Source: the human T2T-CHM13v2.0 reference genome, Homo sapiens. From it: a stretch of 64,000 nt of DNA. The stretch lies in the NCBI RefSeq assembly GCF_009914755.1, contig NC_060932.1, one strand, 5' to 3'. The notes under the pieces were generated by a model. It had not been told where the DNA came from. It did no database searches and saw only the letters and a list, made by a program, of their open reading frames with translations. Shown here piece by piece: positions 42,384 through 58,215 of this stretch (position 1 is its first letter; each line of letters starts with the position of its first letter). Made by a program: the position numbers and the translations under genes.

Positions 42384-43157
42384 TCATATAGCCTATCATG
42401 TGTCATCTATTGTTAATCCTTCCCTTGTATCTACTAGGTCATGTAACAAAGAGGGCAGACACTTTCAGGAGAACGATGGGAAGGAATGAAAAAAATACTG
42501 AAGTTTTCCTGGAGAAACAGGTAGAATAAAGTGTATGGGATTCCCAGGATTAACCTCTAAGAAGGAAGCTGATCATAAAACCTCAACTAAATTCAGATTT
42601 AAGCTATTAAAAAAAATTTGAATATAGAACAACAGGACTGATTTTGTTTTTTAACATGGGTAACCTTAATTTCAATGCCCTTAATATTTTTATCCACTCT
42701 GTTTTCTTATTGAAATTAGAAGCATTTCTTTTTTAAATTACTTCCAGAGGAATGATTTTTTCTTTTGGAATTGAAGAAATCTACAGCACACTTGGAAAAA
42801 GAAACACTTAAAAAAAGCAAATTTTCAAAGTTAAAGAAAATGAGTAAGCAAAATTTCTGTTGCCAAAGATACAGAGAATAAAAGAAACCAGGTTGTTGTC
42901 TTGATACCAAGACCTAAAATATTTAGTTTAAACTAGCAGACTTTTGTCATCATTCTATAAATATTTAGTATGGAATTAAGTTAGTGTATATGCCTGAGGG
43001 ATGCAGTCAGCATTCTGACTCAGTATTACCATCATATTACGTACTAATTAGAAACATGGCTTATTGAATTTACTGCCTCTTTTTTCTAAGCAGTTCTACC
43101 CCCAAAGAAATTCAAAACACAAACAGACATCACTCCTTTTTAAAAATATAATTACTG

Positions 43158-43450
43158 TTTTTTTCTTCTTTGAGACAAGGTCTCATTGTGTCACCCAGGC
43201 TAGAGTGCAATGGCGCCATCTTGGCTCACTGAAACGTCAGCCTCCCAGGTTCTAGCGATTCTTTCTCTGCCTCCGGAGGAGCTGGAGTTACAGGCATGTG
43301 ACATCAAACTCAGGTAATTTTTGTATTTTTAGTAGAGATGGGTTTTTGCCATGTTAACCAGGCTGGTCTCAAACCCCTGGACTCAAGCAATCTGCCCATC
43401 TCGGCCTCCCAAAGTGCTGGCATTTACAGCCTGAGCCACCACGCCCAGAC
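43158..43450 (-). mobile_element. AluJb/S
   Basis: Dimeric Alu. Confidence 0.93.
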
Positions 43451-43580
43451 TAAAAATATGTTTGATTTTCATCCTTTCAAAACTTATTACCAATGAATAC
43501 CTATTATTAAAAATTGTTTGGGTTATTCTTATCCATTCATTTCTAATAACATAATATATATAGCAACTAGTTGCTACATA

Positions 43581-43941
43581 TAGACGTTCCTCAACTTGTG
43601 ATGGAGTTACATCTAATAAATCTCATAAATTGAAAATATCAATTTAAAAATTTGCTTAATAGACCTAAATTATGGAGCATCAAATCACTGCCTAGCCTAC
43701 CTTAAATATGCCTACAACACTTACATTAACCTATAGTTGGGCAAAATCATTGAACAAAAGGACTACTTAATAATAAAGTGTAAAATATCTCATGTAATTT
43801 ATTGAATGCTCTACTGAAAGTGAAAAACAGAATAGTTGTATGGGTATTAAAAGTATGGTTTCTATTGACTATGTATTACTTTTGCAACATCATAAAGTCA
43901 AAAACTTGTAAATTGAACCATCCTGAGTTATGGACTCTCTG
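43581..43941 (+). mobile_element. MER47A (TcMar-Tigger), full length
   Basis: cctagcctaccttaaa...acacttacatt...gttgggcaaaatcat...gaaagtgaaaaacagaat; TA on both sides. Confidence 0.85.
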
Positions 43942-44004
43942 TACTTGACTAGTTGCTGAGAAATTTGGGTGACAAACTTGTACAATGTCCTTTTGATACC
44001 GATG

Positions 44005-44080
44005 TATTTAGCAAATCACTTCACCCATTTGAGCCCAATTTCCTTGTCTATAAAATGAAAAAATTGGATAAACGACTACT
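44005..44080 (+). mobile_element. MIR core fragment
   Basis: gcaaatcacttcacccatttgagcccaatttccttgtctataaaatg. Confidence 0.7.
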
Positions 44081-44953
44081 GGGACTGCTGTCAGAAACAA
44101 ACTTTTGAAATCTATAATCTATGCTAAAACTTATTAAGCACTTCCTTAATATAAAGTAATATGCTGAGATTATTTGAGTAAAAACTCTGTCATTTTAAGG
44201 AAGAAAATCAGATTTCAATACAGTGTACTTTGTGTGCAGTAAAAGCAAATTCCTGACACTCATCTCCCCAGGAACCTGCTGAATCATAATGTAAGCTTCT
44301 GTTTTGTTTTGTCTTGTTTTGTTTTTCTTTTTGTTCATGTATCTGTGTGTTTGGTTTTGGTTTAGTATCCATCTAACTTCTAATGTTTCTTTCCTCTGCA
44401 GTTCAGAATACAAAACTCAAAGAAAAAGACAACTCACAAAATAGTCAAAGCATTTTGCAGATACAAACGAATTAACCATCTGGAACCACCTAAACAAGAC
44501 TCATTTCAATACTGACAATCTGCTATAAACATGAATAAACAATCCAGTTGTGACTCAGATTGAGGGAAGATAAGGGTTTTAGATGAATTATTGAGATGGT
44601 TATAGAAAAAAAATTATTAGCAGATGCAATAACCACAGAAACAAACAAGGAACCTTATACTCCAAGGATACTACCCATGAATCCTACCCTATTCTCACTA
44701 GTGGTTATCAATTTAATATGATGCATTTCACAGACACAGGCATATTGCAGATCTCAGAGTTATGCCATTAATCAAATCATGCATATGCTTCAACAGCCAA
44801 ATGGTATCTCATCTAATCTAGAAATAAGATGTGCTGAATCTTTTTTTTTATTACATGCTGTTTGGATACATATAATGCAGGCAATAGATTAATGGATATT
44901 ATAAACTTAAATATTCTGCAGAATAATTTATGTATTTACTTGGAGTTGTATTA

Positions 44954-45448
<495 letters not shown>

Positions 45449-45976
45449 TCAGCTTTTCTGACAATGAAAACAAAAATTTAAAATAACTATAACATAATAA
45501 TTTTTTTTTCCTTCAGATTCTGACAACCAATTCCTGCTGGTTTCCTTTGTGAGCTAAAAGATATTTAAAACACGTTAGTGGATTTTTCCAATGCCATGAC
45601 TAAATTTCAGTGATCAGTTTAAGGGTTTTTGCTGTTGTTGTTTGTTTTTCTATCTGGGATAATAAAGCTTTTAGTCATTTGGAAATAACTGGCAATCTGA
45701 AAGTTTTTTTAATTTCCTGTTTTATTTAATTTCCCAAAGTTTATTCAAAAATCATTTATGTTGCTCACTATGGAATGCTAAAAAATTCAGAACAAAGATA
45801 AGTGGAAAGTTTCACAAGTTTAGTTTTAAATTTAGTTTGTAATAAATTGAAGTTTTTGAAGAATCATTCTTGTTCTTCAGATTTAGTGGTCAATTTCACA
45901 TATGAGAGTTCTTAAAATAATTGTACCCTTTAAATAATTCTAACCTTTAAATTTCAGATTGTAATTTAATTTAATG

Positions 45977-46379
<403 letters not shown>

Positions 46380-46552
46380 TAGTATCAAATTTGGGTAAAA
46401 TAGATCTGGATCAGCTATAACTCATAATGGTCTCTGAGTGATGAACTGGTAGTACCATTACTAATTAAGAAGAGTTTTCTTCAGATCTGCCATATGAAAC
46501 TCCTTAGACAAGGAGAATGATAAGATGCATGTAGATAATTGCTTTATTTAGA

Positions 46553-46854
<302 letters not shown>

Positions 46855-46870
<16 letters not shown>

Positions 46871-46936
46871 TAATATATATATTTTTTATATTATATATAT
46901 ATAATATATATATTTTTTATATATTATATATATATA
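46855..46936. repeat. Palindromic AT-only repeat in the Alu tail
   Basis: (TA)n with duplicated taatatatatatttttt units, inside the Alu TSD. Confidence 0.95.
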
Positions 46937-49498
46937 GCTTTATTTAGAAGCAGAAAATCTGATCAAGAAAAAGGATTTGTATTAGCATTTTAAGCCAAAT
47001 GACAAAAAGAAAATTAGTAATAAATACTACAAAGTCATTGTTTTTAGTGATTTTTCCATATCATTTTGCCAGAGATTAAATAAAATGATAATCCCAGTGT
47101 TTTATGTTTACTTGATTGCTATCTGGAAATTGTTATAAAGTTCACAAGTATATACTCTTTGATACAATATTTCTACTATCAGAAATTTATCCAATAAAAG
47201 TTATTTCAAAAAGAACCAGACAAAAAGTTGTCCTTTCTCAACTGAGATCTGGATTTCAATGCCTAGCTAAAGAATGTGAAATATTAAAAATAAAACACAG
47301 ATGGAAACCCAAGTTTGCAAGGAAACTCTAAAATCTGTATCCATATATATTTTTTTAATTTCACATACATAACGATACCAAAATTTAAAATGCATGGTAT
47401 AACATTAAATTAGTCTCAGTGACTATCGAAAAATACCCAATAGTCAATATAGTTGCTCTTGAAACTTCCCTAATGCTTCAGTGAGTTTGTCGCAGGTAAT
47501 ACTAAGGTGGTTCCCATGTCCTGACCCCAGCATGTGGATCTTTAACCAAAAGGTTGACAATGTTCTGACCATTTTTGCAGTACCATAACTTTAAAGATTT
47601 GAGTTTAATTTAAGCTATTTATACTACAGACCATTTGTTATTTTCTGATACGTCCACTTACTTTATCCCAAATAAACAAATTCACACGGGCTTTAACTTG
47701 TTACTCTTTTTGTACATTTCAGCTTTATTCCTAAGCAGGCGTAGGATTGTGGTTCTCATATTCATTTTTACTTTCACAGAGTTTCTTACTTTCTCCCAAG
47801 GCTAATTGTGGAAACTTCTATCCCTGCTGTGCCACTTGCTTTTGGTTTTTTTTTTCTACTCCCAGAATCCAGTTCTCATTTAAAAAACTTATCTCCAAAA
47901 AAAGTGACTCACAATTTGCAGATACTATGAAAACGAAAGAAAATCTCTGTTTAGAGATATATCCCCTTTATTTTTAAGACTTTATTGTCCTAATTTCTGA
48001 AATTATCAAGTAAGTGGTATACTGAAAAAAATGAGATTATTATTTTAACTTCTCAAATTTTTCTTATTCCATAGTATCTAAGCCTGTCACTACAGAAGAA
48101 AACATTAGTTCTCGTTTTGTCTTTCAAACTTGTCTTTGACGAGTTTTATCAGACAGTGGTCTTTGGTCAGAATCATTTGTAACATTTCATTAAACATTTT
48201 AAATACAAATGAGCATTTACAAACCATCAATAGAGTATTGAAAGACAAATACATAAGTTCCCTAAAGTTTACTCTGAGGAATTAGTATGTCCTGTATAAT
48301 GAGCCCAACAATATATTTGAATAAATAAAGATTTATTTATGAAATGAAAGGATTATGAAATTTCCATGAAACTTGGAAAAATGACCATATTTTATCATGG
48401 TTCAGTTTTATGTACCATGATACAACGTACATGAGAATGGTACTATATAGTGGAATGTAGCACTTTTCAATACTAACCAATTATTTGAGTGCTGTTTTCC
48501 CTTTCAACTGAAACAGCTAAGCTATCTTAAGCCATTCACTGTCTCAGAAAAGAGATGCTGAAGCCTCCCTTAAATAAATACACATATAAACAAATATATA
48601 AACAAACAGAAAGTCTATGGAGTTTAATTGGAGTTTATTTTTAGAATTACAAATATCTAAAGGGAATCATGAAATTACAATGAATATGTCATAAATTAGA
48701 AGCAAAATATCCAAACCAGAGAGGAGCTAAAGATCCCATGTTTTACAAGGAGTGGAAGAGTTGGAAAGCAGGTTTAAAAAAAAAAAAAAAAAAAACACAT
48801 AGATTAAGTAAGTCTTAGATAAAGACAGCCCCCATACAACCATGCTGTATGATAAATTAGAGGAGGGGAAAGGGTAGAAAATAGATGTACCTGGATACCT
48901 GGTAGGTTGAAAATTAGAGCACCAGGGACTCTTCCTAAACTCTTTCCTACAAGCTCACTGTGAATCAGGAGCAGTAACATCATAATCTTGGGACTGGGAA
49001 TAGCATGAAAATAGATGGTTCATTAACAGCTCACCTAATTTTATGTGGAGCCATATGACACAGAAGCAACAGAAAGATCCCCATGTGCAGAACTGAGAGA
49101 AATCCAAGACTTAAAATCCCCATCTGCAGGGGCTGTTACAACAAAACAGAAGAAGCCGAAGACTTCGGGGGAAATGTCAGCACAAGACAATGAAATTCAG
49201 GTGTATCCTCCCAATAAGTAATAACTTAGAGTTGTGCAAACCTCCCAAACTTATATATGGGAGGCTAGCGGGAATCTGGTGCTTTATTTATTTCTTGTAG
49301 AAGGAAGAAATACTTAATATACTTGGTAAAATATACTTATGGTATATTATTAGTAATAATATACTAATAAGAAATATAATTAGAAATAGTAAAATAAAAA
49401 GTTGTAAACTTTACAAAGTGCAAGATAATTAGTTCAGTGGAATCACTCTTTAAAAACAGTAGTAACTGAGTTTTATCCTAATTAAGAAGGAATATTCC

Positions 49499-49793
<295 letters not shown>

Positions 49794-50254
49794 GGAATAT
49801 TCCTATTCTGTATAAGAGGAATAACATAGCCAAATGTTTCAGTATCAAAGATAACTATGATTGAGGCCTGTTCAGGCAATCCCTAGTTGCCATTTAGTTA
49901 AAATATATTAAATATATCAGATGACCACGATAATCAGTCTTCTAGACAAGCTCTTCATTTTTTATTCCAAAAATGTTGCTAGATTCTGGAAAAAGATGCA
50001 TCATATTTACCAAAAGGAAAGTTACTGTGAGTGGTAGAAAGCATTTTGTGATATCATTACCTAAATAACGGATATATTTTTAGTCAAAATTTCTTTCTTT
50101 TTCCTTTCCCTGGGGATAAAGGACTAAGTCTTCTATCTGTCAAGGTCTCTAGAATAAAGCACATAATGCAGTAATATAGGGTGTCTGTTCCATGCTAATT
50201 TCATTATTATTTCCAGAAACATAGACAGTGTGGAAAGGGCACTGAACAATGTGT

Positions 50255-50400
50255 GTTGGAAAGGGAACCTTGGGCGATTAATTTCTCTAAGTGTTGGCTT
50301 CCTCATTAGCCAATTAGGAGGAAGAAAATGTTCCCTATTACCCTCAGAAATGTCTGTGGAAATCAAATGACACAAAAAGTGGAAGATACTTTGTTAACCG
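50255..50400 (+). mobile_element. MIR
   Basis: accttgggcgattaatttctctaagtgttggcttcctcat. Confidence 0.6.
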
Positions 50401-50603
50401 TGAAATTTTGTTGGGGCAGCTATTGTTCCTACCATAATTCTTCTGGGGACAGTAGCTTAACTTTTTAACTTCTAAGATTCTTCATTTAAATCATGGAACA
50501 TCAGTAATAATAATAATACCAATCTCACATAGTGGTAGAAAAGTTAAAGAGGCAATACGTGTATATGCATAGTAAATGTTAGGTATTATTTTTTAAATAA
50601 ATA

Positions 50604-51427
50604 CATCCACTCTTTTTGTTACCAACAATTATGTTCCATGAAATTGTCATGAACAAGCATTAGCAAATACCGAACCATTGCTCCTGCAAGAAATAAAGCG
50701 CTAGCTTCCTGCCAGCCTCCCGTTAAAACATTTTTGTGAACTGATCAATATAAAGACTTGTTTTAGACCAGGCACAGTGGCTCACACCTGTAACCCCAGT
50801 GCTTTGGGTAGCCAAGGTAGGAAGATTGCTCGGGGCCAGGAGTTTGACACCAGCCTGGGCAATATAGCTAGACTCTGTCTCTATAAAAAACTAAATAATA
50901 ATAATAATAAATTAAATGCTTGTTTTATATGTCCTTCTGTTCGAAAACACCTTATTTAATACATATTTTTGGACTCGTTAACATTGGAATCACAGCCAAC
51001 AACCCTGCGCCTCATTTCTGAACACAGCTTATCTAACACATGCACTCTCTTCATAAGGTACATCACACTCCTGTTGTGTTTACAAACACTGGGCACTATG
51101 CACGATGCTTGGGGGCCATTTTAAACAGTGAAGTCATCCACCAGGAGCACAAGATGCAAAAAAAGTGTGATACTAAATATACCATGAAAAAATGTACTTG
51201 TTTACAGTATGTAAACTGAAACAAGGTAGAATGTCTGCCTCATTCAACCTCATCTGGGAATATGCACATCAGATAATTACAACATTTTAATATTAATACT
51301 CTACACAGGCACATGTCTACAAATGACTGTAATGGATCCCCAAGTATTGATCTTTGTGTTTCAAATAAATTTCAGCAAGTAAGCAAATTCACAACCACAA
51401 GAATTCATGAATAATGAAGATCAACTG
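50604..51427 (+). mobile_element. MER82 (TcMar-Tigger), near full length, interrupted by FLAM_C
   Basis: gaaccattgctcct...gcttgggggccattttaaacag...gaataatgaagatcaactg terminus. Confidence 0.85.
50766..50911 (+). mobile_element. FLAM_C / free left Alu monomer
   Basis: Single monomer with (AAT)n tail; TSD aaaNNcttgtttta. Confidence 0.9.
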
Positions 51428-51499
51428 TGTTAGTTTCATGATATAATTTCCAAAATATATGAGTTTACAATTTTAGTATCTAAAACTTACAAGGCTCTT

Positions 51500-51925
51500 C
51501 ATGCTTTAGACCTTTCATTCTTTCTCCTTTCTTGTGGAGTCATGATTCTCTCCCTATTCAAGTGAGCCATCTTCCTCTCTGACCCAGGACCTTTGTACAT
51601 GCAGCTTGTACTTCCTGGAACAATCCTACTGTCTTTCATTACTAACTTCTTTCTCTAGATCTCATCATGAGCATCTCTGCTTCTTTTATTGTTCTGACTA
51701 GACCAGTTAGTCCAACTATTTTTGTACTCTCAGTACAAAATAAGTGGTATAAACTTATACCACTTACCACAGTAAAATTTTACATTTACTTCCATGTATG
51801 TGTATTCCATTAATTTTCGCTTCTTCAATAAAATTTCAGGCCCATGAAAACAGAGAATGTTTTCAATTTTTCTCCCATTATAACGTATGTTTGGTGTTAC
51901 ATAAATGTACATTGATTAAATGTAA
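51500..51925 (+). mobile_element. L2 3' region
   Basis: ccaggacctttgtacatgcag...ttcctggaaca. Confidence 0.65.
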
Positions 51926-52299
51926 ATTCATGTAAATAACATATAAATAATAAATGTAAATTGAATACTTAAATCTTCAGTGGTCATATCAAATGCCTTA
52001 GAAAAAAATACTGTCAATTTATTTACATAATCAAGACAGCATTCTGCCCATTGAATGCATGTATGTGTTCATTAGAAATAGGAAATGTGAAAGACGACTT
52101 TCTGAGGGCCAGTGCTTTCAAAGTGGTTTCAAGTCTGTCCTTAAATATATCATTTACACGACATAGATACCAAAGACCAAAAAGTAATTCCACTAAAAAG
52201 CATTGAACTTTCTTGTAATCAAATATACGTAAATTAAAATTGCAAAAACAGTTATTTTGTAACATATAATTAAAAATAATGACAGCAATAATCTTGTCA

Positions 52300-52640
52300 A
52301 TGAAACTGTGATGAAATAGCATTCTCACATATGACTGATGCAAATGTACACTGTATTTCAGTTGGAATAAAATTTGGCAATATGTATCAAACGCATAAAA
52401 AATGTTTATAATCTAACCCAATATTCTATTTTTAGGTTGGAAAATAGTCCAAAACATTTGTTAACAAAGAGAGTATTTATAGAATGAATGATTCTATAAT
52501 AACTAAGTAACTACATATAAATAACTAAGAATTAAAGGTAAGAAACAAACATAATATCCAATAATACGGAGATAGTTAAGTAATAAGATTGATTCCAGTA
52601 GACAAACTGGAAGAATAATTGAAAACAAAGATCATAACTA
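52300..52640 (+). mobile_element. Old L1M fragment
   Basis: cattctcacatatgactgatgcaaatgtaca...aatttggcaatatgtatcaaa. Confidence 0.55.
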
Positions 52641-52686
52641 CACTAACACTGGAAATTGATTATGCCGCAGCAGAAAATAGTATACA

Positions 52687-52989
52687 GCCAGGAACGTTGG
52701 CTATCGCCTATAATCCCAGCACTTAGGGAGGTCAAGGTGGGTGGATTACCTGAGGTCAGGAGTTGGAGACCAACCTGGCCAACATGGTGAAACTCGGTCT
52801 CTACTAAAAATACAAAAATTTGCGCAGGGTGGTGGTGCGCATCTGTAATCCTACCCACTCGAGTGGTTAAGGCAGGAGGATCTCTTGAACACGGGAGGCA
52901 AAGGTTGCAGTGAGCCAAGATCACACCACTGTCCTCAAGCCTGGGCAACAGAGTGAGACTCTGTCTCAAAAAAAAAAAGAAAAAAAAAA
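52687..52989 (+). mobile_element. AluSx-like
   Basis: Full Alu; TSD aaaatagKataca. Confidence 0.95.
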
Positions 52990-54379
52990 GAAAAATAGGA
53001 TACAATGCCATATACAATATGATCATTATTGCTATTATAACAAAAATCTCTGAGTGATAGAGGTTTTTTATTTTAATATTCTATACTTCCTATAATGTAC
53101 ATGTTAATATTTTAACTAGAAAAATAATTATTTTTCCAAAATCTAACTCTAATACCACATCCTTTAAATTGTACATTACTTCTTTTAGTTTGCCAGAGAC
53201 TGCTTTTCTTTCAAGAGTGTGAGATCGAATTTATTCTGACATTGAGCACATATGTATCCCGTTTGCATTGGATGGCACTAGGAGGCTCCATTCACCTCAC
53301 CATTGTGGGAGTGCGCCTCTAGGAGTTATCCTGAGAAGCAAGTGGTCAGCAGCTAACTGGTATGCTGAACAAATCTAGCTCACACAGAAAATAAAAGAAA
53401 AAAAAAAACTCCTATTTTTCCTTTAACCACCTAAAATCCACATCCCCTGTAGTTATCTATTTAAAACCATTCACCTAATAGAAGTTTCTAGAGCTGACAA
53501 AATCATCAGTCACCCACTCCCAAACCCATCCCCAATTTTTACATTACAATATAACCAAGCGTACAGCTCAAGGCAAACTTTCTGTTTAAATAAAGCTACA
53601 CACAAGTGGCAGCCTCTGCTGTTCACAGCAACCCAGGAGAATATTATGTGCATTATTGCTCTGTAGTTCTGATCCAACCTTCAGTAATCCCCATGAAGCA
53701 AGAGCTATAGGTTCCAATGAGCAGTTCTGAATCATCAGTAAATTAAACCTCCTCAGGACATTCTGTTTTAAAAATTAGGCAATAATAAACCCATGGTCTG
53801 CTTTGCGTTAAAATGATACAGATGGGTTACCTAAATCAATTCTAGCCGCACTTTCTCAATGCAAAGCACAGCTTCAAGCTCTTTATTTTGTAAAAGAGAA
53901 GTAAAATTATAGAATGTAAATAATGATGTAATCCACTTGAAAAAATCATAAGGCCGTCTAGCATGTTCTCAGTAGTGTGATTAAAAACAGTTGCCAATAA
54001 ACAGGAAACACTGCATTAAGCCAAAATTTGACAGATTCTGTTTTTTCACCTATGGTCTTAAAAATAGCAACAATGCATAGAAAGGTGTGATAAATACACT
54101 TTTCATAGTTTAGTGCTACATTACCCATGAAGTGTCACAATATATAACATAAAGTTTTACGGTTATAACATATGTGATTATAAACATACATTTTTTCTTA
54201 ATGATTAAGATGATTTCAGAATCTCTATAGACACACTAATCAATATAGGTTACAACATCTCTTTTGTGTTTCCACATATCGCTCAGGCTGTTAACTCTTT
54301 ATCAAGTCCCCTTTTGTAGAAAAGAACTGGGTGTATTAAGTCTCTCTTTAGAAACATCAACTCTCTATTCAACTCTTTC

Positions 54380-55300
54380 CATTCATGCTTCTATCCTCTC
54401 CACTATGCTAGTCAAGGGTCACAATAATCTTCAAATTGTAAAATCCAATAATCACTTGTGCCATCATTTTACTTGGCATTTTAGCATCTTTCTTTTTTTA
54501 TTTTATTTTATATTATTATTATACTTTAAGTTTTAGGGTACATGTGCACAATGTGCAGGTTTGTTGCATATGTATACATATGCCATGTTGGTGTGCTGCA
54601 CCCATTAACTCATCGTTTAGCATTAGGTATATGTCCTAATGCATCTTTCAACAGAATCAATACCCCCTTTCTCTTTAAGCACCTAAAGGTCCAGGGTTTT
54701 CTTTTTCTCTCACTGACCACTTTTCCATACCCTTCTGTTGCTTCTCATCCTCTTCTTTGCCCCTAAAGATTGGAGTGTATAGGGCCTTGCTCCCAGCCTT
54801 CTCTTCGATAGACTCTCCTCCTAGGTATCAAGAAGCTTCATGGTTTTAAATACTATTGGCATGCTGATGACACTAAATTTATATTTCTAACTCAGATCTC
54901 TCAGTCTTGAACTTCTGACACTTACATTTATTTGACAATGCTATTTGAATATTGACAAGAATTACAATATAAAAGATACTAAATACAATATGTGATCTAT
55001 CTCCACCATGTTCCTATTTGATTTCTTCCTATTTTAGGAAAACTATACTCACACAGTCAGATATTTAAAACTCTAGTCTCTCTTTCCTTCCCAATATTTG
55101 TCACATGAAATTATGTCCAAAATGTAGCTGAAAATACCCACTTTGCTTCATTTTCACTGTCTACCGCTTTGCTCAAGGCTTTGCCCTTTTTTGCACTGAC
55201 TGCTAAAACAGCCTTGTAACAGATGTCCCTGCTTCCATTCCTGCCTTTTATAATCCAATTTTCACATCATGATCAATGTTAATTTATGAAAATGCAACCC
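54380..55300 (+). mobile_element. L2, interrupted by a short L1PA
   Basis: tcaagggtcacaataatcttcaaattgtaaaatccaat...atggttttaaatact...atgctgatgacactaaatttat. Confidence 0.75.
54493..54642 (-). mobile_element. Very short L1PA (PA4/5-like) 3' end
   Basis: attatactttaagttttagggtacatgtgcaca...; TSD gcatctttc at 54484 and 54641. Confidence 0.95.
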
Positions 55301-55339
55301 TTGAGCTACTGCACTAAGATGGCACGTAGCACAGATACT

Positions 55340-57060
55340 ATTAATTTTGCTTTCTTTCAGAAAAACGCAAAAGCTATGGCAAATAAACAATAAAAAATTA
55401 TCCAGCCACAAATATCAGAGAAAATGAGAGGAGACATAGCAATACATTTCTGGAAACTCAAAAGGTGGTAGATAGAATGCTTGACAAAGCTGCTTCCTTA
55501 ACTGGCAGTAGGGAAAGCTGAGGAATAACCCAATGCACAGGGCAAATTCCTCAAAATGTCTGAGATTTGTACACCCAGGAACTTTAGGAATTTGGGGTAA
55601 AGGGGATTGCAAATGGGTAGGCATGGGTGAAACTGTTTGAGAAGCAGTTAGAATATGAGACACCTGCACCCACCTGCCTCACCATCCCCCACCTACCCTG
55701 CCCAGGCCACTGGTTGTCTACTTCTCTTTCACCTTGGCAGAAGTCTAGAGATTTTCTATTTGAAAGAAGCTGAAATAGAGGATCTTGGAACCTGGAATAT
55801 CATATCAATACATGAGAAATGATGAATATATGCTTAAGAAATGCAAAATTCTAAAACTCTCAGTCTGGTTCTCCCACTTGGCTTCTAGTACTATACCAGC
55901 CAGATTATATCCTCCAAAAGAAGAAACCAAAAAACTGGAATACTGTACTTTGGAGAATATGATGTCCTAATAAAGAAGAACTTAAAGATATAAAAACCAC
56001 TGTTCCTCATTAAGAAGCCTACAAAGATCATCTTCAAGGAAGTTCAAAAATCAATATATTCAACTCCTATAATTTGAGCTTTATACCAGCTACAGTCTTC
56101 TACTCAGTCACGATTAGACACCAATAAAAAATTATCCAAACCAAAGTCTCTGATGTGGAAGGTAAAAAATAATATGCACAAAGCTAACCAAAGAAAACAG
56201 TAAATAGTAGGATGCAATAGAGAAGATTCAGGAAAAAGAACATTTCTTTAAAAATTCAGTCATGAATATCAAGAGAAAAAGAGAGAGATGAGAAAATATA
56301 CTGCAGGATTATATAAAAGAAAAGACAAAAAGAGCTGTTAGAAACTCAAAATATTTTTCTGAAACTTAAAGCTCAATAGAATTCGACAGAATGAATGAAA
56401 GGTAAATTAAGAAAATTCCCCAGAATATTCCCAGAATGTACAACAAATATCTGCAAAGAAATGTAATATATGAGAAAAGACTGTACAAAATAAGAGAACC
56501 AGCTCAGGAAGTGCAACATTCATATAAAAGTATTTCCATTAAGAAAGAAGTTAGAAAATAAAAATAGCATCATCAGAATGTTTTGTAAAATTTCCCAAGA
56601 CTGAAAGGTATAGGGTCCAGACTGAAAAGTTCCAACGCAAAGGATGAAAATAGGCTCACGAAAAGACATAGCATTGGGAATTTTCAGAACTTGGTTATAA
56701 AGAGATTATGAATGTACCATAGAGGGACAAATCTGATCATATTCAAAGAGTCAGCATTGAAATGCCCTCAGATTTCTGAACAGGAACACTACAGCATCTC
56801 TACTATTGAGTCAAGAAATGCCTTTAAAAAATCTAAAGAAAAATAACTGTCAATGAAGAACAGTATGTCCAGATAAATTATCAGCAGAGTTAAGGAGCAC
56901 AATAACATCACTTTCAGACAAATAACTTTTCCGGTATCTCTTCAGATGCCCTTGATTCAGATCAAATGGAGGATATGGTTTACAAAGATGAGAAAATAAA
57001 CCAAGCAAGAGTTCCCTAGATAAAGGAAACAGAAGACCCAACACAGAATAAAGGTAAGTA
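55340..57060 (+). mobile_element. HAL1 or old L1ME 5'/ORF1 region
   Basis: A-rich; aaaatttcccaagactgaa...cagatttctgaacaggaacact...aaatgcctttaaaaaatctaaagaaaaataa resembles decayed ORF1. Confidence 0.65.
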
Positions 57061-57366
57061 GGAGGGTTTAAAATCAAAATGGATGATTGAATGGTTAATT
57101 AAAATATTGTTTAACATAGGATACATGTGAAAGATATATTTGTTCCTTAGACAATTATTGACTAAAGCATACATATGTATATTCACACTAAATTTTATTT
57201 AGATGCATAAATTAGGATTTACTTAACATAGAAGAAAATGATTGTAAGCCCAGGTAATATTTCTTGCATAGATGACACCCATAATTCACTTATAATGTAT
57301 GACTTCAATTTCTTCTGAGGGAGAAAATACACTTATCACCTGAGTAAATATATTCATACTTTGGGG

Positions 57367-57543
57367 TTTTTTTTTCATTTGTTTGTTTTTGTTTCTTTTT
57401 GAGACAGGTTCTTGCTGTCACCCATGCTGGAGTACAGTGGTGAGGTCATAGCTTACTGCAGCCTCCACCTCCTAGACACAAGGAAGCGTTCCACCTCAGC
57501 CTCCCATGTAACTAGCACATGCCATCACATCCTGCTATTTTTT
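57367..57543 (-). mobile_element. AluJo right monomer, half of a split Alu
   Basis: gtcatagcttactgcagcctcc J-type diagnostics. Confidence 0.88.
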
Positions 57544-57596
57544 GCGTGCAAATTAAGCCCTCATATTAAAATGCAAAACAAACTGGTACAGACTTC

Positions 57597-58214
57597 TTTA
57601 TTGTTTATTTTTTTAAACTTTCATTTCAAGTTCAGGGGTACAAGTGCATATTAATTACATAGGTAAACTTGTCTCATGGAGGTTTGTTGTACAGATTATT
57701 TTATCACCCAGGTTTTAAGCCTAGTACCCATTAGTTATTTTTCCTGATCCTCTTCCTCCTCCCACCCTCCACCCTCCGAAAGATCCCAGTGTGTGTTGTT
57801 CCCCTCTATGTGTCCATATGTTCTCATTATTTAGTTCCCACTTACAAGTGAGAACATGTAGTATTTGGTTTTCTGTTCCTGTGTTAGTTTTCTAAGGATA
57901 ATGGCCTCCAGCTCCATCCTTGTCCCTGCAAAGGACAAGATCTTGTTCTTTTTATGGCTGCACAGTATTCCATGGTGTGTATGTACCACATTTTCTTTAT
58001 CCAGTCTATCACTGATGGGCATTTAGGTTGATTCCTTGTCTTTGCTATTGTGAATAGTTCTGCAATGAGCATATCTGTGCATGGGTCTTTATAATAGAAG
58101 GGTTTATATTCATTTGGGTATACACTCAGTAAAGGAATTGCTGGATTGAATGTTATTTCTGTCATTACATCTTTGAGAAATCACTCCACAATCTTCCAGA
58201 ATGGCTGAACTAAT
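57597..58214 (-). mobile_element. 5'-truncated older L1PA (PA13-16-like) with frameshifted ORF2 end
   Basis: ORFs 57884-58165 and 57831-58022 match the ORF2p C-terminus (FNPAIPLL...KMWYIHTMEY; LEAIIL...QEQKTKY.MFSLVSGN). Confidence 0.95.
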
Positions 58215-58215
58215 G

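Noticed and set aside
57475-57550. U6 snRNA-like words gaagcgttcca and tttgcgtg
   Set aside because: Short matches in opposite orientations; the first aligns within the decayed Alu, so not a U6-L1 chimera
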